64,000 nucleotides of DNA from Myxococcota bacterium (GTDB lineage: Bacteria; Myxococcota_A; UBA9160; UBA4427): the NCBI GenBank assembly GCA_965250285.1, contig OZ252299.1, positions 4,768,001-4,832,000 of the forward strand. Reading direction: 5' to 3'. Under the pieces are notes generated by a model. It did no database searches, was not told the DNA's origin, and worked only from the letters and a program-made list of their open reading frames with translations. This document shows, piece after piece, positions 46,767-55,298 of this stretch (its first letter is position 1; every line of letters starts with the position of its first letter). Both the position numbers and the translations under genes were made by a program.

Positions 46767-47843
46767 TCAGTTCATGCCGTGTCGGTGATCGCCGGCGTCG
46801 GGCACGAAACGCACCTGGCACCGCAGACCACTCGGAATCGCATGGTCGGCGTTCGGCAGCTCGAGCCAGACGCCAAAGGTGCCACTGGTCGGATCGACGA
46901 CCCGGTCGGCGATCTCGACACGCGCGAGCTGGACTCCGAGCTCGGGGAGCTCGGGCGAAACCTCGGCGACCATCCCGGCGCGGATGCGCCCGAACTCGCT
47001 CGCGGGCACGATCACTTCGACTCGCAGCGGGTCGATCTCGGCGACGGTGAGCAGCGTCTCTTCGCGCGCGATCTCGCCGGGCAGCTTGAGCTGCTCGACG
47101 ACGACGCCGTCGATCGGGCTGCGGATGATCCTGCGTTCGAGACGAGCACGCGCCTCATCGAGCTCGAGCGTTCGCAAGCGCTTCAGGTCGCGCGCCTGTT
47201 CGAGCTCGGCGCGCGCCAGAGCCGCCTCGGTGCGCGCCTCTTCGGCGACGTCGATCGAGACGACCGATTCGGTGTGCAGGTTGGTCGCGCGGCGTAGTCG
47301 GCTCTCGCCGAGCGCGAGGCTCGCGGCGCGTGCGCGCACCGAGCTCTGCATGTTCGCGCGCGCTTCGGCGACGGAGACCGCGGCGCGCTCGACGTCCGAC
47401 TCGAGCTCGACCAGGACCTGGCCGGCCTTGACCTCGTCGCTGCGGTCGACGTGCACCGATTGAACGACGGCCGAGAGCGCGCTGCTGACGTCGATCACGC
47501 GCCGAGGCTCGATTAGGCAATCGAACTCGCCCCCGACGCTCGACGCGGCTGCCATCGACCGATGCGGCACGGGCTCGTCTTCGGCGAGCACCTCGTCGCT
47601 CCAGTTCGGTGCGATCGAAGGCGCCGGGTCGACGGCCGCGGGCGGCGTCGTATCGCTTTGCGCACTCGCCGTCGACGGCGGTGCAGCGGCCACGCGCCCG
47701 GCCGGGGCCTCGCTCGCCGAGGCCGGCTTCGAGGCGAGCAGGGTCGACGGGCTACGATCGACCAGATTCATGCTGACGAGCGCGACCAGCGCAGCGACGA
47801 GCAGGATGCCCGCCGTCCTTCGCGCCCACCGGCTCTTCATCAT
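46767..47843 (-). CDS. Periplasmic adaptor (HlyD/RND MFP family)
   Basis: N-terminal TM; CLIEP, VKAGQVLVEL, RSPIDGVV, IDPLRVEV, VVDPTSGTF. Confidence 0.87.
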   Translation of the reverse strand: MMKSRWARRTAGILLVAALVALVSMNLVDRSPSTLLASKPASASEAPAGRVAAAPPSTASAQSDTTPPAAVDPAPSIAPNWSDEVLAEDEPVPHRSMAAASSVGGEFDCLIEPRRVIDVSSALSAVVQSVHVDRSDEVKAGQVLVELESDVERAAVSVAEARANMQSSVRARAASLALGESRLRRATNLHTESVVSIDVAEEARTEAALARAELEQARDLKRLRTLELDEARARLERRIIRSPIDGVVVEQLKLPGEIAREETLLTVAEIDPLRVEVIVPASEFGRIRAGMVAEVSPELPELGVQLARVEIADRVVDPTSGTFGVWLELPNADHAIPSGLRCQVRFVPDAGDHRHGMN

Positions 47844-48080
47844 GTGCAGTCGCACGCTCAGCCCCGCCTCTGCCAGATCGACGCAGATGGAACACGCATC
47901 GATCTCGCACTCGGTCGGACGCTCCGACAGCGTCCACGGCCTTATGTTTCGGTCGACCGGTGGCTTGACCCAAGCCGAAGCGCGCGCCGACGAACCGAAC
48001 GAAGAGCGACCTCGCGCATGCGCAAGAGACACGCAGATGTGATGCAGATCGAGCGCAGGGATCGGGCGGTGTGGAGCGGT

Positions 48081-50243
48081 TCAGACGTCGAAGTGACCGA
48101 GGAAGAGACGAGCGAGGCTGCGGCCGATGCGCGGGGCCAGCGGCAGCTGACCGTGATCGAATCGAACGAAGACGCGCTCACCGATCGCAACCTGTTCGGG
48201 CTGCTCGGCGAGCTCGACCTCGAGCAGGAAGACGGGCTCGAGCGCAACGGTCCCGGCCTCATCGTTCGGATCGATGGCGAAGGGTCCCCCACCCAGCGTG
48301 CCCAGGGCTGCGCTGGGTAGATCGGTCGTCGCTGCCGGCACGGCCCGTACGAGCCGCGCGGCGCGGACGCGGCCGAGGCTGCCCGCCAACCGAAGCTCGA
48401 TCGCGTCGGTGCGCTGCCGCACGTCTTCGATGGCGTGCTGGGGGACGGCGACGCGCGCCGTGACGGCCCCGGCGCCGACGACGTGGCCCAGCAGCTCACC
48501 CTGGCGAACCATGCGGCCAACGGGATCGAGCGCACCGGCGAGGAGAAAGCGCCCGGCGCCCGGGCTTCGCACGACCAGCGCATCGCGACGCGCCTGACCG
48601 AGCGCCCGCTCGGCTCGCACCGTGTCGAGTTCGGCCTCGGTGGTGCGTGCACGAACGAGGTCGTCGGCCCGCTCGGCGAACATGCGCAGCTCGAGCGCAT
48701 CGATGCGTGCATCGAGCACTGCGAGCTCGGCGTCTAGGAGCGGCTCCTCGAGCACGAAGAGCGGCTGCCCTTCGATCACTTCTTCTCCCGGTGCCACCTG
48801 TTGTCGCACGATCAGCCCATCGACCTCGGCGCGCACCTGCGCACGCTCGGGCGGCCAGACGACACCCTGAGTGCGAGAGTGGAAGGGCAGCGGCAACGCG
48901 AAGAGCAGCACGGCAGCGAGCACGACCGCAGCCGCGGTGATCGAGACCGCACGCACGCGGCCGGCAGAGAGTCGCGGACTCGTCGCGACGAAGGCGAGAC
49001 CCCGCGCCAGCGGCAAACCGATCTGAAGACCGATCGTCAGCGCCGCAATCGCCACGCCCACGATGGGCAACGTCGTCGCAACGAACCACCCGATGCTGAT
49101 CCCGAGCACGACGCGATAGATGGCCGATGCGATGCCGTAGGCGATGAGCCAGGGGCGCTCGCTCTCGGTGTCGACGGTCGCGCGCACGTCGGCGAGACCG
49201 AAGACGCGGCGCTGAATCGATCCGATCAGGTGGGCGGACGCTCGCTGCTGCAGATTCGGAATCTCGAGCGCGTCGGCGAGCGCGTAGTACCCATCGAACT
49301 TGAGCAGCGGATTCGCATTGAAGAGCAGCGTCGACAGCGTCCCGATCCAGATCATCTGGAGCGCGATCGCGCGAACCCAGCCATCGGCCACCGAAGACCA
49401 GACGAAGAACGCGATCGCGGCGAGCGCGAGCTCGGCGGCGATCCCGGCGAGACTGACCACGATGCGACGCGTCTTGTCGGGCAGGATCGACACGCCCGAT
49501 ACGTCGATGTACGGCAGCGGTGCGAAGACCAGGAAGGCGAGGCCGGTCTCTCGAACCTCGACGCCGCACACCCGAGCGGCGCACCCGTGCGCGAGCTCAT
49601 GCAGCGCCTTCGCGAAGACGTAGACGAGCGGCAGCACGAGCCAGCCGCCCCCGCCGAGCAGTCGCGTCGGCAGATCGTGGGCGAGCTCGGGCCACACCGG
49701 GATCGAGGCGAGCAGCGCCGTCACCACGAGCAGGGCCCAGAAGAACGCGCCGCCGCGCGTGAAGATCGGCGCTGCGAAAGGCGCGATGCGTTCGAGCAGG
49801 GGGTCGGGGTCGAACAGCGGCACCTTGATCGACAGCGGGCTCAGCAAGCGCATCCAGCGCTGCTGGCCACGTGCGCGGCGACGCTCTCGAAACATCGCTT
49901 CGAGATCGGGGGATACGTCGAGCGACAGCACGTGGGCGCCCTGCAAGAGGCCGATCACGTGCATGGCTTCGGCACGCGACGGCGCGGCCTCCCCGAGCTC
50001 GTCGGCGCAGGCGGTCCAGGCCGCTTCGATGGTGCAGCGCCCATCGAGGCGTGCGACCAGGTTCCAGGCGGCCGCCGAGATGCGATGGCAATCGCCGCGC
50101 ATCGGGTCACGGAGCACGATCCAGCGGCGCCCGCGCACCCGATGTCGCGTCGGCGTCGCCTCGTCTTGCAGGCGCGGCCGGAGCCCACACACCCGCTCCC
50201 ACATCGCCGCATCGTCGTGGCTTCGCGTCGAGTCGGAGCTCAC
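48081..50243 (-). CDS. M50 (site-2) zinc metalloprotease fused to a HlyD-like adaptor domain
   Basis: HELAH zinc motif, NANPLLKFDGYY, several TMs, C-terminal lipoyl/hairpin region; GTGA overlap with the upstream stop. Confidence 0.88.
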   Translation of the reverse strand: MSSDSTRSHDDAAMWERVCGLRPRLQDEATPTRHRVRGRRWIVLRDPMRGDCHRISAAAWNLVARLDGRCTIEAAWTACADELGEAAPSRAEAMHVIGLLQGAHVLSLDVSPDLEAMFRERRRARGQQRWMRLLSPLSIKVPLFDPDPLLERIAPFAAPIFTRGGAFFWALLVVTALLASIPVWPELAHDLPTRLLGGGGWLVLPLVYVFAKALHELAHGCAARVCGVEVRETGLAFLVFAPLPYIDVSGVSILPDKTRRIVVSLAGIAAELALAAIAFFVWSSVADGWVRAIALQMIWIGTLSTLLFNANPLLKFDGYYALADALEIPNLQQRASAHLIGSIQRRVFGLADVRATVDTESERPWLIAYGIASAIYRVVLGISIGWFVATTLPIVGVAIAALTIGLQIGLPLARGLAFVATSPRLSAGRVRAVSITAAAVVLAAVLLFALPLPFHSRTQGVVWPPERAQVRAEVDGLIVRQQVAPGEEVIEGQPLFVLEEPLLDAELAVLDARIDALELRMFAERADDLVRARTTEAELDTVRAERALGQARRDALVVRSPGAGRFLLAGALDPVGRMVRQGELLGHVVGAGAVTARVAVPQHAIEDVRQRTDAIELRLAGSLGRVRAARLVRAVPAATTDLPSAALGTLGGGPFAIDPNDEAGTVALEPVFLLEVELAEQPEQVAIGERVFVRFDHGQLPLAPRIGRSLARLFLGHFDV

Positions 50244-52066
50244 CACCAGCTCCACGCGCCGAGTCGGAGCCAATCGATCAGGCGATGCGTCGCGATCCAG
50301 AGCAGCGGCCGGTCGCCCGCGTCGAGGCGCGCGATGCCCTCCATGCCGGGGCGCAGCCGGTCGTCGGAAGCAAAGGAACCAACGGGGTCGGCCACGAGCT
50401 CGGCCTCGACGCGGAAGTGGTTGCGGCCCCCCTCGGCGACGGTCACTGGCTGAATGCGCGCGATCCGCAGCGGCAGCGGCTGCGCGGGGAGCGCCTGCAG
50501 CTTGAGGTGGCCGAGTCCGCCTTCGGCGATCGCGGCGACGTCGCGCTCGTCGACCTCGAGAATGATCCGATAGCCCCCGCGCGGCGCCAGCTCGAAGAGC
50601 ATCTCGCCGCGCTCCACCGGCGAGCCCAGTCGCTGGGAGAGATCGCCGGCGACCACGACGCCGTCGAACGGGGCCACCAGCGACGTTCGGGCCAGGCGCG
50701 CCTCGACGAGGGCCTGCTCGGCAGCGGCCTGTCGCATCCGGGCGCGCAGGATGCTCGCCTGGCTGCGGTCATGCCGCGCGAGCGCCTCTCGAAACTCGCC
50801 CTCGAGCTCGGCCAGCCGAGCGTCGCCCGTCTGCTGTTCGAGCCGCAGGTCGCGATCGTCGAGGCGAGCAAGGATCTGCCCGGCCTGCACGATCTCCCCC
50901 GCACGCACGTGCGCTTCGGCGACGAAACCGTCCATGCCTGCGACGATGGCCCGCTGCACACGTCCTTCCAGACGCGCATCGGCGCGGACGCGGTACGAGA
51001 CCGGCAGCAATGATGCAAAGAAGATCAGCGCGATCGTCGCATACACGCCGACCTTGAGTCGCGTGTGTCCAGGCCCGAAGAGCGCTTCGACGAACGCATC
51101 GAAGTCGTCGAGGCATCGACGCCAGATGCCGCGCTCGGCTCTTCGCGCGAGCAGAAGAGCGGGGCCGACACGACGCGCCGCGAGCTCGCAGAGGCGTCGG
51201 GTCGATCGATCGCTCGCGGCACCGGCCGGCGCCTCGAAGGCGAACGCGCAGCGCTCGCCGTGTGATTCGACCGGCACACTGAAGACGTCGCACGCGCTCG
51301 ACGTGCGTTGCCACGCGCGGTGCGCCCACGGCCGCACCGGCGCGACTTCGTCGCTCGCATCATCGTCGGCTTCGCGCGCGTACGCGGCGAGAGGCTGCCC
51401 CGCATCCATCGACTCTTCGACGGCCGCGCGCCACGGCTGCAGCCAGCGTGCGCCGCGATCGAAGTCGAGGCCGTTGGAGACCGCGATGACGCGGGCCGAT
51501 GCGTCGTCGAGCACGAAGAACCCTGCGCGACTGCACGGCGTCATCGCGACGAGGCGCGCGAGCGCACCGGTCGCCGACTCTTCCAGCGTCGCGCCCGATC
51601 GAGCAGCCTCGAGCACGGCGTCGGCTGCGTTCGACTCGGCGACCCGCGCGCCCGCGTCTCGCAGTGCGTACAGCCAGGCGCCCTCGGCGCGCAGCGCCTC
51701 GCAGACCCGCTTGATGCGATCCTCTGCGTTCGCCTCGTCGCCTGGATCGAGCTCGACGGCAACGACGAGCGCGGGCTCGGACTCGCTCGCCGGAGGCCCT
51801 GCACCTCGGTTGGCGGCACGATCGACCGGGACCCCGACGAGCGCAATGCGTTCATCGTCGCCGACGCGCAGCGACCGCACGACGCGGCGGCCATGGCGCG
51901 CGGCCGACTCGGCCGTCTCTTGCAGCCTCGGCTCGACCGGTGCGTCTTCGGGCCAGCACACGAGGACGTCGGGTTCGCCCGGCGCGGGCCACAGCAGGCA
52001 GGCCGAGCGCACGCCCTCGAGCGTGTCGCAGCGCCGACCCAGCCACCCGCGAATGTCGTCGCGCAC
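50240..52066 (-). CDS. GAF-like domain + HlyD family adaptor protein
   Basis: N-terminal GAF-like region, one TM, AGMDGFV...VRAGE, APFDGVV.GDL, LRPGMEG; GTG 52066 after GGAGGGG. Confidence 0.82.
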   Translation of the reverse strand: MRDDIRGWLGRRCDTLEGVRSACLLWPAPGEPDVLVCWPEDAPVEPRLQETAESAARHGRRVVRSLRVGDDERIALVGVPVDRAANRGAGPPASESEPALVVAVELDPGDEANAEDRIKRVCEALRAEGAWLYALRDAGARVAESNAADAVLEAARSGATLEESATGALARLVAMTPCSRAGFFVLDDASARVIAVSNGLDFDRGARWLQPWRAAVEESMDAGQPLAAYAREADDDASDEVAPVRPWAHRAWQRTSSACDVFSVPVESHGERCAFAFEAPAGAASDRSTRRLCELAARRVGPALLLARRAERGIWRRCLDDFDAFVEALFGPGHTRLKVGVYATIALIFFASLLPVSYRVRADARLEGRVQRAIVAGMDGFVAEAHVRAGEIVQAGQILARLDDRDLRLEQQTGDARLAELEGEFREALARHDRSQASILRARMRQAAAEQALVEARLARTSLVAPFDGVVVAGDLSQRLGSPVERGEMLFELAPRGGYRIILEVDERDVAAIAEGGLGHLKLQALPAQPLPLRIARIQPVTVAEGGRNHFRVEAELVADPVGSFASDDRLRPGMEGIARLDAGDRPLLWIATHRLIDWLRLGAWSWW

Positions 52067-52319
52067 TCGTTTCCCCTCCCCGGACAGGGACTTGCGCCTC
52101 TCTCTTCGGCCTGCTGACGCTGGGGATTGAGCCCGCTGCACAGGCCTCCGAGCCGGGCGGCCTGCGACCGCGCGAGCTGCCGGGATTCCACAACGCCGAG
52201 CGCCCGGCGCACCTCACCGAAACGCCTCGAAGACGCCCACCCCGAATCGAAACGGCTCGATGCGATTCCGCTCCGCCCACCCCTCTGGGCGGTCGATACG
52301 CCCTGCGAGGCAACCTGAC

Positions 52320-54851
52320 GTGACGAGCCCCATCGAAAGATCGGTCCGATCGACCACCCTCCTGCCGGTGATCGTCGCAGCGCTGGCGTGCGCGGCGGTG
52401 GCCTTCGACCTCGTCGGCGTCCACCGCGATCTGGCGGCGTTCGCCAACGCGCAGCGGCAAGCCCTGGCCCGCTCGGCTTTCGCGCTCGCCTGGGTCGAAT
52501 CGAGCGTCGCCCACGATCCCCGCGTCGTACCGAGTGGTGCCGACGCCGAACGCTGGGCACCGACGCGGACGCGTCTGCGTCAGGCCCTCGCCGAGGCCTT
52601 TCCCGAGGCGGCCGACGCCGAAGCGGTGTGGTCCGAGCGGCAGCACGCGCTCGAGAATCAGCTCGAACGCGCCTACGACCTGCGGGCCGGCGGGCAGACG
52701 GAGGTCTCCGATCGCCTGCTCGAGGACGGTTGGGACCGCTTCGTCGATACGTGGCTGCGCGCCGATCTCGCCGCGACGGTCGCCGAAGCGCTGGCCGACG
52801 CCGATGCCGCCACACACCGAGCCGAGGACGACGCCAATCACTGGCAGTCGCTCGTCACCATCGATGCCCCGGTGCTCGATGCGGCGCTGGCCGATCTTCA
52901 CCGCGCCGTCGCCACCCAGCGCATCGCGAGCGATGCGCTGCACGCAGCCCGCGACGCGCGGCTCGATGGCGCGACGAGCGAACGCGCCCGAGCGAGCCGC
53001 GATCTACTCTCGCGTCGATGGGCGCGCTTCGAGTCGGCCCGCGATCGCGTCGAGCCCGAGCGCGCCGACGCACTGCGTGCGCTGACGACCGCCGTTGCCG
53101 GTGCACCGGGCGCCCGACCCGGAGACGTGCATCAAGCCCTCGACGTCGTGCACGAGTCGATCTGGCCACTCCTGCACGCCGATGCAGAGCGACTTGGCGG
53201 GCGACTCGCCGTCGTCGAGCGCGCCAGCGCGCGCGCCGGTGCGTTCGCCATCGGCTTCGCCCTGGTCGCGCTCGTGCTCCCGGTGATCGGCCTGCTGACC
53301 GTGTCGCGTTGGCTGACGCGCCCACTCGCGCGCACGCTCGATACGGTCGAGGCGATGAGCGAGGGACGCCTCGACGATGCGCGGATGCGCGACTGGCCGC
53401 GCCCGTGGCGCGCGTTCGGCGTCGACCTCGAGCAGATCCGCGGCCGGTTGGAAGAGGCCGAGGGGCATGCGCGCGCACTGCTGCTCTACGACGCGACGAC
53501 CGGGCTCGTCAATCGACGTCACTTCACCGAGCGGCTGAACGCGAGCCTGGTCTCGGCGCGCGTCGATGGTCGAACGATGGCGTTGCTGTCGATCGGGATC
53601 GACGGTCTCGGCGGGCTGCACGAATCGCATCGCCCCGAGGAGTACGACGCGCTGCTGCGTGAAGTCGCGCAGCGTGTGTCTTCGAGCGTCCGCGTGAACG
53701 ACGTGATCGGGCACGGCGCGGGCAGCAGCCCACTGCCGGTGGTCGGACAGACGTCGGAGACCGAGCTCACGGTGCTGCTCACGAAGATCGCGGCGGGCAG
53801 CGACGCCGCCATCGTCGCCGAGCGCACCCTCGGCGCATTCGAGAAGCCGCTCGTCGTCGCCGAGCTCGGCATCGAGTGTACGGTGCAGGTCTCGATCGGC
53901 ATCGCGATCTCACCGGCCGATGGCCGCGACACCGGCGAGCTGCTGCGCAACGCACAGTCGGCCCGGGCCGCTGCACAGGCACGCGGATCGGGCACGGCGC
54001 TCTTCTGCTCCGACGCGCTCAACGCTGCGGCGTCGCGCAAGTACGAGGTGCGGCGACGGCTCGGCCGCGCGCTCGAACGCGACCTGCTCGAGCTCCACTA
54101 CCAGCCGATTCGAGACACGCGATCGGGGCGCGTCACGGCGATCGAGGCCCTGCTGCGCTGGAGCGACGTCGAGTTCGGTCCGATCTCACCCGGCGAGTTC
54201 ATCCCGATCGCCGAAGAGTCAGGCCTCATCTCGACCATCGGTCGGTGGGTGGTGCGTCGAGCGTGCGAAGACATCGTCGGCTGGCGCGAAGCCGGTCTCG
54301 CCCCGGTTCGCGTCTCGATCAATGCGAGCCCGGCGCAGCTGCACGAGAGCGACTTCGCCGACTTCGTACTCGATACGCTCGACGAGATGAAGGTTTCGCC
54401 CGAGGGCATCGAGCTCGAGATCACCGAGAGCGTGGTGATCGAGCAGAACGCGGCGACGGGTGAGACGCTGGGCCGTCTGCACGAAGCCGGCATCGGTCTC
54501 GTACTCGACGATTTCGGGACGGGCTATTCGTCGTTCTCACACCTGCGGCGGTTCCCGATCGAGCGCGTCAAGATCGACCGGTCGTTCATCGCCGAGGTGA
54601 GCGAAGGCGGTGAAGGTGCCGCGCTCACGTCGGCGATTCTCGCGTTCGCATCCAGCCTCGGGTTGCCGGTCGTGGCCGAGGGCGTCGAGACCGATCTGCA
54701 GGCCGACTTCCTCATGCAGATGGGCTGCGACGAGATGCAGGGCTATCTGATCAGCCAGGCGGTTTCACCGACCGAGTGTGCTCGCTTCTTCGAGCTCGAG
54801 AAGCCCGAAGCCGAAGCGGACAGCAGCGGCGGCGGCGAGCTCGACGACTAG
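52320..54851 (+). CDS. Membrane c-di-GMP phosphodiesterase (HAMP-like, degenerate GGDEF, intact EAL)
   Basis: IEALLRW, ELEITES, DDFGTGYSS, KIDRSF, AEGVET, QGY; the GGDEF position reads TSETE. Start approximate. Confidence 0.88.
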   Translation: MTSPIERSVRSTTLLPVIVAALACAAVAFDLVGVHRDLAAFANAQRQALARSAFALAWVESSVAHDPRVVPSGADAERWAPTRTRLRQALAEAFPEAADAEAVWSERQHALENQLERAYDLRAGGQTEVSDRLLEDGWDRFVDTWLRADLAATVAEALADADAATHRAEDDANHWQSLVTIDAPVLDAALADLHRAVATQRIASDALHAARDARLDGATSERARASRDLLSRRWARFESARDRVEPERADALRALTTAVAGAPGARPGDVHQALDVVHESIWPLLHADAERLGGRLAVVERASARAGAFAIGFALVALVLPVIGLLTVSRWLTRPLARTLDTVEAMSEGRLDDARMRDWPRPWRAFGVDLEQIRGRLEEAEGHARALLLYDATTGLVNRRHFTERLNASLVSARVDGRTMALLSIGIDGLGGLHESHRPEEYDALLREVAQRVSSSVRVNDVIGHGAGSSPLPVVGQTSETELTVLLTKIAAGSDAAIVAERTLGAFEKPLVVAELGIECTVQVSIGIAISPADGRDTGELLRNAQSARAAAQARGSGTALFCSDALNAAASRKYEVRRRLGRALERDLLELHYQPIRDTRSGRVTAIEALLRWSDVEFGPISPGEFIPIAEESGLISTIGRWVVRRACEDIVGWREAGLAPVRVSINASPAQLHESDFADFVLDTLDEMKVSPEGIELEITESVVIEQNAATGETLGRLHEAGIGLVLDDFGTGYSSFSHLRRFPIERVKIDRSFIAEVSEGGEGAALTSAILAFASSLGLPVVAEGVETDLQADFLMQMGCDEMQGYLISQAVSPTECARFFELEKPEAEADSSGGGELDD

Positions 54852-55234
54852 AAGAGAGCGAGCAGCACCGCCGACCAGGCCGCGCGCAGCAGCAGCGCCA
54901 GATTCGCCAGCCACCCGAGCACGAAGCCGATCGTGCGCTTGGTCGGATCGGCCACGTAAGAGACGGCATAGATCGGTCGAGCGACGGCGAACGCCAGCCC
55001 GCCGACCAGCACGAAGGTCGTCGCCTGGAAGTACGCGCAGAGCCAGAGCGCCGGTAGGAAGATCACGAACTGCTCGACGGTGTTCAGCTGAACGCGGTAC
55101 CAGCGCTCGTAGTGCTCGTCGCCCACGACCTTGGGCGCGGGAATGCCCGCCTTCTGGCGCGCGGCACCCACGAGGCCCTGGAACACGAAGTACTCGATCA
55201 AGACGATCACGGTGATCAGTGCGGCCCAGTGCAT
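54848..55234 (-). CDS. MAPEG family membrane protein
   Basis: VGAARQKAGIPAP, ERWYRVQLNTVEQ, ARPIYAVSY; GGAGG RBS. Confidence 0.88.
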   Translation of the reverse strand: MHWAALITVIVLIEYFVFQGLVGAARQKAGIPAPKVVGDEHYERWYRVQLNTVEQFVIFLPALWLCAYFQATTFVLVGGLAFAVARPIYAVSYVADPTKRTIGFVLGWLANLALLLRAAWSAVLLALF

Positions 55235-55298
55235 GGCATGCCTCCGGTCGTGGGCCGTGCGAGGAAGGTCGGCCCGCGCGCTGATATACTCGCATGCC

